Shown here: one piece after another, positions 52,201 through 61,805 of the stretch | Numbering within the stretch: position 1 is the first letter of the stretch | Layout: each line of letters begins with the position of its first letter | Assembly: GCA_963666285.1 (NCBI GenBank) | Contig: OY762711.1 | DNA length: 64,000 nucleotides | Strand: one strand, 5' to 3' | From: Sedimentisphaerales bacterium | GTDB taxonomy: Bacteria; Planctomycetota; Phycisphaerae; Sedimentisphaerales; SM23-30 | The notes under the pieces: generated by a model | The model's database searches: none | What the model saw: the letters and a program-made list of their open reading frames with translations, nothing else | What the model was told of the DNA's origin: nothing | Program-made: the position numbers and the translations under genes

Positions 52201-52289
52201 CTGGAAGTGAAGATAAAGAAGATTTAACGGAAATATTGGTTTTCTTTGATGAAATCTTGGTTGATATTCAAGAAACTTTAACCAAATAG
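49284..52289 (+). CDS. Secreted protein with DUF11-like domain, right-handed beta-helix and dockerin-like motif
   Basis: Signal peptide; AGGAG SD; IVDYLPKGV; IIYVDK.ATG...W.NA; IDIADFAFF; recurrent DPN motifs. Confidence 0.8.
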   Translation: MKVIRLLVLLLCLATVVSAQNTAPLTIQAAPMSGGASSYPPVPFDTNKSFLIYTTDNGDLVSAMNYYGLSYTTRSASQPVTLNDLNTHDVLIVGWNTSDSPTTMSGLDPDIIYSGITGRAVITGHDADYHVTHSPEAGNEVFEQMIKFALDGVGTGLVAFGDDKRDFEWLPEEWEIVADHADEGEYVDSITEEGQSSGIYDNLKAHAETGDPTGIMYLSNWSKSYHNIFESWGNGFEPFELQSSTGNDAVTIGTPFNANGFIFTKEDDVADDSCVSPEDDLTYTICYNNTSGITIYNAKIVDYLPKGVTYPEGFWSIDGDMNPIPPDPAYDPNFHTYTWDIGTIIPDEDPNALHCESLDVVVNENAIPGMTLYNEAWLIGEYEIIDPNSSDPNNPSTLLVERVFAIATEETDVCCWTTPTPTPNIIYVDKYATGADTGIDWENAYNTEFGVKKALVQAWESTCSGPFTIYVAEGTYLPGTDYVDSFDLPEGTKVYGGFLSGGCEFNSRDPKGYETRLSGYLAQADALHLVTMGHNTLLDGFTVESASDTLISGEGADFTVENCVIKDSWQTGVYAEGCNVTIKYCLIKNNGEHGIYHQGSEVLNFELNIFNSWIMRNEEHGIQCLYSTPTIKNSIISESDMATDGKEGIRVTNPFQKPIIYNNTISNNKGKGIYFEDDGNASGDPNDVSLDYPDIQNCIVYYNNNNLVQMEGFDPNTNVAYSCIQNCFEVNNNINAAPLFAYPVNPLGAPDPDNYHLAHNSICRDMGSPYLDYSSQVDYDKEIRVAGIKVDIGADELYSCDGDYTEDDFSNDADWNADGIVNMYEFSIFAGSWLTNDPNSVAGQADPNSTIGWDSRCNFDDTSSSADTIDIADFAFFIGEVPWLWKACWYDNYQAVMGGEAAMMSTPETISLMTVEPVARAMAMTSFNTDTGPTKTGVVGKADPYSYLTNEQLAIFVKDIYEIEGMVIEQIEAGSEDKEDLTEILVFFDEILVDIQETLTK

Positions 52290-52300
52290 CACTTGATTTT

Positions 52301-52332
52301 ACCTGCCGTCATTTGATAGAATGGCGGTGGGT
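52301..52332 (+). terminator. Hairpin after the 49284-52289 gene
   Basis: ACCTGCCGTCATT...AATGGCGGTGGGT followed by T-rich sequence. Confidence 0.5.
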
Positions 52333-52368
52333 AATTTTATTTATACAAACAACTTACAGGAGAGAAAT

Positions 52369-53007
52369 ATGAAAATAATGTTATTGGTGGTTATGGTATT
52401 ATCACAACTGAGTTTCGCAGGTTATTTTGATGCAAACCATGTAACAGAAGATGGTTTACTTGAAGATGGTGAATATGGCATTGCAGCAAGAGTTGACGGT
52501 TCTAGTACTTTGACTGTTACTGGTGGTGGTGCAGAAAGCATAGATATTTTGGGTAGTGCTCATTTAGATGTAATATCGACCAAAATTCCTTTATCTGATT
52601 CTTATAATGGAGGTGGAGGAATTTATGATATTAATGTCGAGAATTACGCCTCACTTACTTTTTCTGGTGGAGTTGTAGATAGCATTGAAATTTATAATAA
52701 TGCTACAGCAATACTTAATGGTGGAACAATAAACTCACTTGAAATTTATCAATATGGCTCTTTAGGCCAAACAGTAAGAATCGAATGCTGTGATGGTTGG
52801 AGCTGGATTTATGGTATAGAACAACAAATCAAAGGAATAACGGGTAATTGGCAAAATGGAACTCCATTCTCTATTGATTTTATAGATGCAATAAGACGAC
52901 CAGATCTTAACCCACCAGTACATACTCATGTTGAAGTTGTAACTCCTGAACCTGCATCTTTACTGATGCTCGGCCTTGGTGGATTAGTCCTTAGAAAACG
53001 AAAATAA
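52369..53007 (+). CDS. PEP-CTERM protein
   Basis: AGGAG + ATG 52369; TPEPASLLMLGLGGLVLRKRK. Confidence 0.88.
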   Translation: MKIMLLVVMVLSQLSFAGYFDANHVTEDGLLEDGEYGIAARVDGSSTLTVTGGGAESIDILGSAHLDVISTKIPLSDSYNGGGGIYDINVENYASLTFSGGVVDSIEIYNNATAILNGGTINSLEIYQYGSLGQTVRIECCDGWSWIYGIEQQIKGITGNWQNGTPFSIDFIDAIRRPDLNPPVHTHVEVVTPEPASLLMLGLGGLVLRKRK

Positions 53008-53028
53008 ATCGAATTTGGAGTGTGCCTT

Positions 53029-53790
53029 ATGAAATACATAATTATAATGTTATGTTTATGTTCGTCAATTTTTGCAGCAAACTTTGATTACGTTGTTTCT
53101 AATGAATATCGCAATGAAACTATGATGTTGCTAAATGAGTCTTTATTAGTTGAAAATGGTGGTGTTAGTGTAATCAAAGCATATGGGAATGAAACATATG
53201 TTAAAGTTACAAGTACTACTTCCTATTCATATCAAGAAGGCGGGATTGGTGGTATAAATATATTTGATAGTAAAGTTGATATTGATAGCGGTGATGTTGG
53301 AAACATCATTACAGAACGATCTAGTACACTTATTTATAATGCTGGCAATTTAGACTGGATACATGTTAAAGACAGTAGCACTGTAAACTTCCATGATGTT
53401 AATTTTACAAACGCACATGTTTACGATAATAGTTCATTTCACATGAGTGGTGGGCATGCTGACTATATGTTTATATTAGATAATTCATCAGTAACATTAT
53501 CTGGTGGCAATATAGATACCATTCGCAATACTCAGTTTGTATCTTTAAGCGAGGATATTAGTTTTAATATTATATGTAAAGATTGGTCTTGGAACGATGA
53601 AACTAATATGCTTAGTGGACATTGGGAAGATGATTCAACTTTCAATATAAAATTAACAGATACAGAATGGGAAGATGATACGCCATATGTATTGTTTGAC
53701 CAAATAGATTTTACTATAGTACCTGAACCCACTTCTTTAACTTTTGCTGCAATTGGCGGTTTAATACTAAAGAAAAGATACAAGAAATAA
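53029..53790 (+). CDS. PEP-CTERM protein, paralogous to the preceding gene
   Basis: GGAG + ATG 53029; VPEPTSLTFAAIGGLILKKRYKK; shared G.W.(N/D)..F.I motif. Confidence 0.88.
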   Translation: MKYIIIMLCLCSSIFAANFDYVVSNEYRNETMMLLNESLLVENGGVSVIKAYGNETYVKVTSTTSYSYQEGGIGGINIFDSKVDIDSGDVGNIITERSSTLIYNAGNLDWIHVKDSSTVNFHDVNFTNAHVYDNSSFHMSGGHADYMFILDNSSVTLSGGNIDTIRNTQFVSLSEDISFNIICKDWSWNDETNMLSGHWEDDSTFNIKLTDTEWEDDTPYVLFDQIDFTIVPEPTSLTFAAIGGLILKKRYKK

Positions 53791-53807
53791 TTTGACACTC
53801 AATTTTG

Positions 53808-53882
53808 GCTGGTGTGGTTCTGTTCAATTTCCCTTCTGAATCCCGACCATAACATCATAGAATGGGATCACACCGGCTTTTT
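53808..53882 (+). terminator. Long RNA stem-loop with U tract
   Basis: 18-bp stem (53808-53825 with 53860-53877), fully paired on the + strand with five G-U pairs; 34-nt loop; TTTTT. Confidence 0.6.
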
Positions 53883-54468
53883 ATCAATAATCTTTATGGC
53901 TAATGTTTTAAATATCTTCAGGTGACACATATGTCCTTTGTGTTCGGGAAGCGACCATGAAAGTCAGTTATACCTAGTTCAAGCAAGTATTGAAAATATA
54001 ATCGATTATCTCGAATTATCCTCAGAAATCATTATTTATGTCTTTTTCTGAACTTTTTAATTCAATTTATGAAATATGACCCTAATTTCAGGTTTGGGGA
54101 GAAAATACTCAATAGCAAAATAACGGTTGACAGAAAGCCTTAATAACTGTTAAATATAGCGTTATGTCAACGGAGCCGAAACTCCAGCCTCTTATTCCAT
54201 GAAATGCATAGTTAGAGTCAAAAATGAATGAAAAAATGATAAATTACGACTATTGATGTTCTAGCAATATATTTGAAAATTGCCCAATTTATGCTATATA
54301 AGCTTGCTCAAGAAAGCAAATTCCGGTCATAAGATTGAACAACATTGGAGGTTTCACCAGAAAGCTGTTGATCACTTTGTGAAAATGGGTCATTGGCAGA
54401 CAAAAAGATTTAAAAATCTGTACAAAGCAATTTGTTATATTATTTGCAGTTACGGAGATGTTTAATAT

Positions 54469-56907
54469 ATGGCGTTGAAAAAATCACAACTTTATAGTTC
54501 TTTATGGAAAAGCTGCGATGAGCTTCGTGGCGGCATGGATGCTTCACAGTACAAAGACTATGTTCTTACATTACTTTTCATGAAATACGTGACTGACAAA
54601 TCAGGTCAACGTGATTTTTTGATCGATGTTCCAAAAGGTGGTAGCTTCAATGATATGGTTGCCCTTAAGGGCGACAAAGAAATAGGCGATAAGATTAACA
54701 AGATTATCGGTAAATTGGCAGAAGCCAACGACCTTAAAGGTGTGATCAACGTCGCAGACTTCAATGACGAAGATAAGCTCGGCAAAGGCAAGGAAATGCA
54801 GGATCGCCTTTCAAAGCTGCTGGCAATCTTCAATGACCTTGATTTTAGTTCCAATCGTGCCGAAGGTGATGATTTACTTGGTGATGCCTATGAATATCTG
54901 ATGCGGCATTTTGCTACAGAATCCGGCAAAAGTAAAGGGCAATTCTACACTCCGGCAGAAGTGTCTCGTATCATGTCCAAGGTTGTGGGCATCGGGCCTA
55001 AGACAAGTCAGGACAAAACCATCTATGACCCAACATGCGGATCAGGTTCCTTGCTGTTGAAAGCTGCCGATGAAGCACCAAGAGGTTTAAGTATATATGG
55101 TCAGGAAAATGATAATGCTACATGGGCACTTGCAAAGATGAATATGATCTTGCATGGACACCCCACAGCTGACATATGGAAGGACAATACACTCTCTAAG
55201 CCGTATTTTAAGAATTCCGCTGGAGGCTTACAGGCTTTTGACTTTGCTGTTTCCAATCCGCCATTTTCAACAAAATCATGGTCGAGCGGCTTTAATCCCT
55301 CGAATGATAAATATGGGCGTTTTGAGTACGGTACTCCACCAGCTAAAAATGGTGATTATGCGTTTTTGCTTCATGTCCTTAAGTCCCTTAAAAGTACAGG
55401 TAAAGCGGCGATTATTTTGCCGCATGGTGTATTGTTCCGTGGTAATGCCGAAGCGGACATTCGAAAGAATCTGATAAAACATGGTTTTATCAAAGGCATT
55501 ATTGGATTGCCTGCTAACCTGTTTTACGGCACTGGTATTCCAGCCTGTATTATTGTGCTGGACAAGAACAATGCACATGCTCGTAGCGGTATCTTTATGA
55601 TTGATGCCAGCAAGGGCTTTATTAAAGACGGCAATAAGAATCGCCTTCGTGATCAAGATATCCATAAGGTTGTCGATTGTTTCAATAATCAGATAGAACT
55701 GGAACGATTCTCTCGAATGGTTCCGGTCAGCGAGATCTCAAGCCCTGCCAATGATTACAATCTTAATATTCCACGCTATATTGATTCCAGTGAGCCGGAA
55801 GATTTGCATGACATAGAAGCACATCTTCGAGGCGGGATTCCTAATCGAGACATTGATGCATTGGATGATTACTGGCAGGTTTTCCCTACTCTGAGAAAAG
55901 CGGTTTTCAAACATGGAGATCGTGCTGGTTATAGCTTGCCTAGAATTGAGAGCCGTGAGGTCAAGTCTGAAATTCTAGCACATGAGGAATACGGCGTTTT
56001 TGCTGATAAGGGTATGAAGATATTTACCCAATGGTGTGCCAAGCATGAACCTGCTTTAAAAGCTCTACGGAAAGGTTCCGTCGCGAAGAAAATCATCAAT
56101 GTGCTATCCGAGGATATCCTTGAAAGGTTTGAAAGGCTGCCGTTGCTTGATGAATATGATGCTTACCAGCGGCTGATGGACTATTGGATGGAGATTATGC
56201 AGGACGATGTTTATTTAATTACTGCTGAGGGCTGGGCAGAAGCTGCCAAACCAAGGGGCATCATTGATGACAAAGAAAAGAAGATCAAGGAATCGCCTGA
56301 TCTGGTTACCAAAAAGTCCAAATACAAGATGGATTTAATTCCACCATCTTTAATAGTAGCGAAATACTTTGCTGAAGAGAAAGCTGTAATTGATGAACTT
56401 CAAAACAAGGCGGAAGCTATTTCTCAAAAACTGGAAGAGTTTACCGAAGAGCATTCTGGGGATGAGGGCCTGCTGGAGGACGCCAAAACAGATAAAGGCA
56501 ACCTGACCAAGGCTTCCGTTACTGAACGGCTGAAAGAAATCAAAGGTGATGCTGATTTTGAAGACGAATACAAAGTATTGACGCAGGCATTGAAATTAAT
56601 TGAGTCGCTGGCAAAGGCCAACAAGGCTGTAAAAGATGCTCAAGAGAAGCTTGATAACAGAACGCTTGCTCAATACGGCTTACTTTCAATTGATGATATC
56701 AAAATCCTAGTCGTCAATGATAAGTGGTTAGCAAGCATGGAAAATGCTATTTCTGAAGAACTTGAACGGCTCATCCAAAAACTGGCTTCACGAGTAAAGG
56801 AGCTTGAGGATCGTTATGATGAAACATTACCTGAATTGACAAAGTTGGTTAATGATTATAGCAGCAAGGTCGAGGCTCATCTTGTGGAAATGGGGATGAA
56901 ATGGTAG
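54469..56907 (+). CDS. hsdM: Type I R-M methyltransferase subunit
   Basis: LWKSCDELRG, GQFYTP, YDPTCGSG, NPPF, YNLNIPRY. Confidence 0.95.
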   Translation: MALKKSQLYSSLWKSCDELRGGMDASQYKDYVLTLLFMKYVTDKSGQRDFLIDVPKGGSFNDMVALKGDKEIGDKINKIIGKLAEANDLKGVINVADFNDEDKLGKGKEMQDRLSKLLAIFNDLDFSSNRAEGDDLLGDAYEYLMRHFATESGKSKGQFYTPAEVSRIMSKVVGIGPKTSQDKTIYDPTCGSGSLLLKAADEAPRGLSIYGQENDNATWALAKMNMILHGHPTADIWKDNTLSKPYFKNSAGGLQAFDFAVSNPPFSTKSWSSGFNPSNDKYGRFEYGTPPAKNGDYAFLLHVLKSLKSTGKAAIILPHGVLFRGNAEADIRKNLIKHGFIKGIIGLPANLFYGTGIPACIIVLDKNNAHARSGIFMIDASKGFIKDGNKNRLRDQDIHKVVDCFNNQIELERFSRMVPVSEISSPANDYNLNIPRYIDSSEPEDLHDIEAHLRGGIPNRDIDALDDYWQVFPTLRKAVFKHGDRAGYSLPRIESREVKSEILAHEEYGVFADKGMKIFTQWCAKHEPALKALRKGSVAKKIINVLSEDILERFERLPLLDEYDAYQRLMDYWMEIMQDDVYLITAEGWAEAAKPRGIIDDKEKKIKESPDLVTKKSKYKMDLIPPSLIVAKYFAEEKAVIDELQNKAEAISQKLEEFTEEHSGDEGLLEDAKTDKGNLTKASVTERLKEIKGDADFEDEYKVLTQALKLIESLAKANKAVKDAQEKLDNRTLAQYGLLSIDDIKILVVNDKWLASMENAISEELERLIQKLASRVKELEDRYDETLPELTKLVNDYSSKVEAHLVEMGMKW

Positions 56908-58736
56908 GTAACATAACAATTCCTGACGGCTTTAAAAAGACCGAGATAGGTCCCATACCTGAGGAATGGCATGTAGTACCTTTGTCTGCATTGGGACGTT
57001 TCTCAAAAGGCCGAGGTATTAAGCGAGATGATGTACGTGAGTATGGGCTGCCTTGCATTAGATATGGAGAGCTTTATACAGACTACGATAACTATGTGAC
57101 TGATCCTAAGTCGCAAATACCCTTCAATGTAGCTTTGACAGCCTTGCCAATTAAATTTGGTGATCTACTTTTTGCCGGTTCTGGTGAAACTGCTGAGGAA
57201 ATTGGTAAATGTATCGCATACCTTGGGGAAGATGCTGCATATGCTGGTGGAGATATAGTTGTATTGACTCCATATGCTCAGCACTCGTTTTTTCTTGCCC
57301 ATCTGATGAACTTCGGCCCCGTTGCAGCTCAAAAGAAACGATTGGGACAAGGAGATGCTGTTGTGCACATCAGTGCAACTAATCTTTCGAAAATTAAAGT
57401 CCCAGTACCCCTGGAATCTGAACAAAATGAAATCACCAAAGCATTGTCCGACATTGACAGTTTAATTAGCAGTCTTAAAAAACTTGTAGCAAAGAAGCAA
57501 GATATTAAACTTGCGACTATGCAGCAATTACTTACTGGAAAAAAACGATTGCCTGGTTTCTCCAAAGATTGGGATGAGAAAAAAATTGGCGACTTCACAA
57601 GTTGTACTGCTGGCGGAACCCCAAGCACAAAAAATGCGAAATATTGGGATGGAGATATTAAGTGGATGAGTTCCGGCGAACTTAATATGAAATTTGTAAA
57701 AGATGTTGAGGGTAGAATTACAAAATTAGGGCTTAATAATTCCAGCACAAAATTAATCCCTTCTAAATGTGTGCTGATAGGACTTGCTGGCCAAGGAAAG
57801 ACTAGAGGCACTGCAGCTTTGAATTATACCGAGCTTTGTACTAATCAGTCAATTGCAGCAATCTTTCCAAATGATAATTTTATTTCTGAATACTTGTATT
57901 ACAATCTTGACATGAGGTATGATGAATTAAGGGGGCTTTCCACAGGAGACGGTGGACGTGGTGGATTAAATCTTAGGATAATCCGTTCTATTGCAGTGCC
58001 TTTCCCAGAGATTGCCGAGCAGGAAGCCATTGCCAATGTACTCTTAAATATGGACACAGACATTGAATTTCTGCAGAAGAAGCTTAATAAAACTAAATCT
58101 CTTAAACAAGGTATGATGCAGGAGTTGCTAACCGGAAGAATTCGTTTTGCAAAAGCTGCTGAAAAGTCAACCAAGAAGCATAACTGGGCAATTGATGAAG
58201 CGGTTATCATTTCTACACTGGTACATAAGTTCGGCAGTGTCAATTTCCCGCTTGGCAGAAAGCGTTATACTAAAATGAGCTATCTTTTCCACCGCTATAT
58301 TGACGGAAAAGCAGAAGGATATTTAAAGAAGGCCGCAGGCCCTTATAATCCAAAGACAAAGTATGGCGGCGTGGAAACGCTCGCTTGTAAGAATGGTTAT
58401 ATCCAGAACTACAAAAATGGAAAGTTTAGTGGTTTTGTCTCAAGCGATAAAATTGAACAAGCTCTTGGTTATTTTAATCAATGGTATGGCGAGGAAGCTA
58501 TGCAATGGCTTGAGCAATTTCGTTATGAGAAAAACGATGTCCTTGAATTATGGGCAACGGTTGATATGGCAGTGCAGGATTTAGAAACTGATGGTAAAGA
58601 AGCAACAGTTGCTAGTGTCAAAGATTTGATCAAAAACGATAAAGAGTGGAAGGCAAAGCTGAAACGAGACATTTTTTCAGATGACAATATAGCCGAAGCG
58701 ATCACAAAAACAAGGGAACTACTAACGGAGGTATAA
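56901..58736 (+). CDS. hsdS: Type I R-M specificity subunit with extra ~190-aa C-terminal domain
   Basis: IPEEW, two TRDs, EQ..I...L conserved helices, QQLLTG and QELLTGRIR, then an extension. Confidence 0.92.
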   Translation: MVGNITIPDGFKKTEIGPIPEEWHVVPLSALGRFSKGRGIKRDDVREYGLPCIRYGELYTDYDNYVTDPKSQIPFNVALTALPIKFGDLLFAGSGETAEEIGKCIAYLGEDAAYAGGDIVVLTPYAQHSFFLAHLMNFGPVAAQKKRLGQGDAVVHISATNLSKIKVPVPLESEQNEITKALSDIDSLISSLKKLVAKKQDIKLATMQQLLTGKKRLPGFSKDWDEKKIGDFTSCTAGGTPSTKNAKYWDGDIKWMSSGELNMKFVKDVEGRITKLGLNNSSTKLIPSKCVLIGLAGQGKTRGTAALNYTELCTNQSIAAIFPNDNFISEYLYYNLDMRYDELRGLSTGDGGRGGLNLRIIRSIAVPFPEIAEQEAIANVLLNMDTDIEFLQKKLNKTKSLKQGMMQELLTGRIRFAKAAEKSTKKHNWAIDEAVIISTLVHKFGSVNFPLGRKRYTKMSYLFHRYIDGKAEGYLKKAAGPYNPKTKYGGVETLACKNGYIQNYKNGKFSGFVSSDKIEQALGYFNQWYGEEAMQWLEQFRYEKNDVLELWATVDMAVQDLETDGKEATVASVKDLIKNDKEWKAKLKRDIFSDDNIAEAITKTRELLTEV

Positions 58737-58739
58737 GGT

Positions 58740-61700
58740 ATGAGCGAAGTCGGCCAGAGGGAGAGAGTTACTCAAGATCGTATCGTCAAGCTTTTCCAAG
58801 ATAAGCTTGAATATCGATATCTTGGCAACTGGATCGACCGAGACAGTAACTCCAATGTAGAAGAGGCCTTACTAAGAGATTGGCTACAAAGTCAGGGACA
58901 TAGTGAAAAGCTTATCGGCAGAGTACTGCGAGAACTCGATCAGGCAAAGTCTATTGGTGGCGGCAAACATCTCTATGATGCCAACAAAGAGGTTTACAGC
59001 AAACTTCGTTATGGTGTAAAGGTTAAGGAGGATGTAGGTGAGCAGAACCAGACCGTATGGCTAATCGACTGGAAAACCCCCGAAAACAATGTTTTTGCAA
59101 TTGCTGAAGAAGTTTCTATCAAGGGAGAAAATAAAAAACGCCCCGATATAGTATTGTATGTAAACGGTATTGCTCTGGGGGTAATTGAACTTAAGCGTTC
59201 CACTGTCTCTGTTAATGAGGGCATCCGACAGAATCTTGATAATCAAAAGAAAACCTTCATACGACCATTCTTTACAACCATGCAATTGTTTATGGCTGGA
59301 AATGACACCGAAGGATTAAGATATGGTGTCATTGAAACTCCTGAAAAATATTATCTGAGATGGAAAGAGTCTAGTGACATAGAAAACCCACTGGACAAGG
59401 AATTGTGTCAGGTTTGTAACAAAAATCGCTTCCTTGAACTAATCCATGACTTTATTGTGTTTGATGCCGGAATTAAAAAGGTTTGTCGCCATAATCAATA
59501 TTTTGGTATCCGTGCTGCACAAGGGCATGTTTCTCGACGTGAAGGCGGTATTATCTGGCACACACAAGGAAGCGGGAAGAGCCTGACGATGGTTTGGCTG
59601 GCTAAATGGATTCGCGAGAATATTAAGCATTCTCGGGTTTTGCTAATAACAGATCGTACTGAATTGGATGAGCAGATCGAAAAGGTATTCAATGGCGTTA
59701 GTGAAGATATTTATAGAACAACAAGCGGTGCCGACCTCGTTAGCGTGTTGAATACAAATACTGAGTGGCTGATGTGTTCGTTAGTTCATAAGTTTGGAAC
59801 ACAGGAAGAAGGTGATGTTGACGAGTATATCAATGATATCAAGGGTCATCTGCCAAAGAATTTTCATGCCAAAGGCGAGATATTCGTGTTTGTTGATGAA
59901 TGCCATCGTACACAGTCCGGTGAACTGCATAAGGCGATGAAGTCCATTCTGCCGAGTGCGATGTTTATTGGTTTTACCGGTACTCCACTTCTTAAAAAGG
60001 ATAAACAAAAAAGCATTGAGGTGTTTGGGCCATATATTCATACCTATAAATATAATGAGGCAGTCAAAGATGGAGTTGTGCTTGACCTGCGTTATGAAGC
60101 TAGAGATATCGACCAGAACATAACTTCTCAAGCAAAAATAGATCAGTGGTTCGAAAGCAAAACTAAGGGACTGAACGACATTGCAAAAGTTCAGTTGAAA
60201 CAGCGTTGGGGAACATTGCAGAAAGTGCTTAGTTCTCAATCAAGGCTTGAGAAAATTGCTGCTGATATTCTTATGGACATGGCAACTCGAGATCGATTGG
60301 AAAGTGGATATGGAAACGCAATTCTTGTTTCAAGCAGTATCTATCAGGCCTGTCGATTCTATGAATTATTATCTAAGACCGATCTTGCCGGTAAATGTGC
60401 CATTGTTACTTCATACAAGCCATCTCCTGCTGACATAAAAGGCGAAGAGTCCGGCGAAGGAATGACCGAAAAGCTCAGACAGTATGACATCTACCGAAAA
60501 ATGCTTGCAGATTTTTTTGATGAGCCTGAGGATGTTGCAGTTAACAAGGTCGAGGCTTTCGAGAAAGCTGTTAAAAAGAAATTTATTGATGAACCCGGCC
60601 AGATGAAGCTTTTGATCGTTGTCGATAAACTTCTTACCGGATTCGATGCCCCATCTGCTACTTATCTTTACATTGATAAGCAAATGCGAGATCATGGTCT
60701 ATTCCAGGCGATTTGTCGTGTAAACCGTCTTGATGGTGATGACAAGGAATACGGATATATTATTGACTATAAGGATTTGTTCAGATCGCTAGAAAAATCC
60801 ATTCATGATTATACTAGTGAAGCTTTTGATCAATATGATCCGGAAGATGTTGAGGGGCTGCTTACTGATAGGCTCGAAAAAGATCGGGAACGTTTGGAAG
60901 ATGCACGCGAAGCAATAAAAGCGTTATGTGAGTCTGTCGAAGCGCCTCGTGACACTCAAGCATATCTAAGATATTTCTGTACGACTAATACTGCTGACGT
61001 TGACCAGCTCAAAGATAATGAACCCAAACGAGTTGCTTTATACAAACTCGCAGTTTCATTAATAAGAGCATATGCGAATTTAGCCAATGAAATGCAAGAG
61101 GCGGGATATTCAGTCAAAGAAACTCAGATTATCAAAGCTGAAGTCGAACACTATGAGAAAGTGCGAACTGAAGTAAAGATGGCTAGCGGTGACTATATTG
61201 ACATGAAGATGTATGAGCCTGCAATGCGTCATCTACTGGATACGTATATTCGGGCAGAAGAAAGCGAAAAATTATCCGCTTTTGACGACTTATCGCTTAT
61301 TGAGCTAATAGTCGAACGTGGCGAAGATGTCGTAGAATCTCTACCGGAAGGAATCCGTAAGAATCCTGAAGCAATGGCCGAGACTATTGAAAACAATGTC
61401 CGAAAACTGATCATTGACGAAATGGCAGTCAATCCGAAGTATTATGAAAAGATGTCAGAATTGCTGGATGCTTTGATTAAAACACGTAAACAGGAAGCTT
61501 GGGACTATAAGGCTTATCTGGCTAAAATCGTGGAGTTGACGAAAAGAGTCAAAAAGCCAAAAGCAAGTTCTTACCCAAGCGATATCAGTACCCCAGCCTT
61601 AAGAGCACTATATGATAATCTTAATAATGATACAGAGCTCGCTATTCAGGTAGACGCCGCAATAAGAAACGTCAAAAAGGCAAATTGGCGTGGAAACCGT

Positions 61701-61805
61701 TTCAAGGAGAAAGAAGTTAGAAACGCAATCGAAGATGCATTAGGCACTGATGGTGAACTTTTAAATTCTATTTTTGCAATTGCTAAGAATCAAAATGAAT
61801 ACTAA
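58740..61805 (+). CDS. hsdR: Type I R-M restriction subunit
   Basis: RPDIVLYVNG...IELK, HTQGSGKS, DECHR, FTGTP, LTGFD, QAICRVNR. Confidence 0.95.
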   Translation: MSEVGQRERVTQDRIVKLFQDKLEYRYLGNWIDRDSNSNVEEALLRDWLQSQGHSEKLIGRVLRELDQAKSIGGGKHLYDANKEVYSKLRYGVKVKEDVGEQNQTVWLIDWKTPENNVFAIAEEVSIKGENKKRPDIVLYVNGIALGVIELKRSTVSVNEGIRQNLDNQKKTFIRPFFTTMQLFMAGNDTEGLRYGVIETPEKYYLRWKESSDIENPLDKELCQVCNKNRFLELIHDFIVFDAGIKKVCRHNQYFGIRAAQGHVSRREGGIIWHTQGSGKSLTMVWLAKWIRENIKHSRVLLITDRTELDEQIEKVFNGVSEDIYRTTSGADLVSVLNTNTEWLMCSLVHKFGTQEEGDVDEYINDIKGHLPKNFHAKGEIFVFVDECHRTQSGELHKAMKSILPSAMFIGFTGTPLLKKDKQKSIEVFGPYIHTYKYNEAVKDGVVLDLRYEARDIDQNITSQAKIDQWFESKTKGLNDIAKVQLKQRWGTLQKVLSSQSRLEKIAADILMDMATRDRLESGYGNAILVSSSIYQACRFYELLSKTDLAGKCAIVTSYKPSPADIKGEESGEGMTEKLRQYDIYRKMLADFFDEPEDVAVNKVEAFEKAVKKKFIDEPGQMKLLIVVDKLLTGFDAPSATYLYIDKQMRDHGLFQAICRVNRLDGDDKEYGYIIDYKDLFRSLEKSIHDYTSEAFDQYDPEDVEGLLTDRLEKDRERLEDAREAIKALCESVEAPRDTQAYLRYFCTTNTADVDQLKDNEPKRVALYKLAVSLIRAYANLANEMQEAGYSVKETQIIKAEVEHYEKVRTEVKMASGDYIDMKMYEPAMRHLLDTYIRAEESEKLSAFDDLSLIELIVERGEDVVESLPEGIRKNPEAMAETIENNVRKLIIDEMAVNPKYYEKMSELLDALIKTRKQEAWDYKAYLAKIVELTKRVKKPKASSYPSDISTPALRALYDNLNNDTELAIQVDAAIRNVKKANWRGNRFKEKEVRNAIEDALGTDGELLNSIFAIAKNQNEY

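Noticed and set aside
52321..52368. N-terminal extension of the PEP-CTERM ORF from ATG 52321
   Set aside because: Lies within a hairpin; SD and signal peptide support ATG 52369
56901..58140. hsdS shufflon (invertible TRDs)
   Set aside because: Only one hsdS and no silent TRDs or flanking inverted repeats seen
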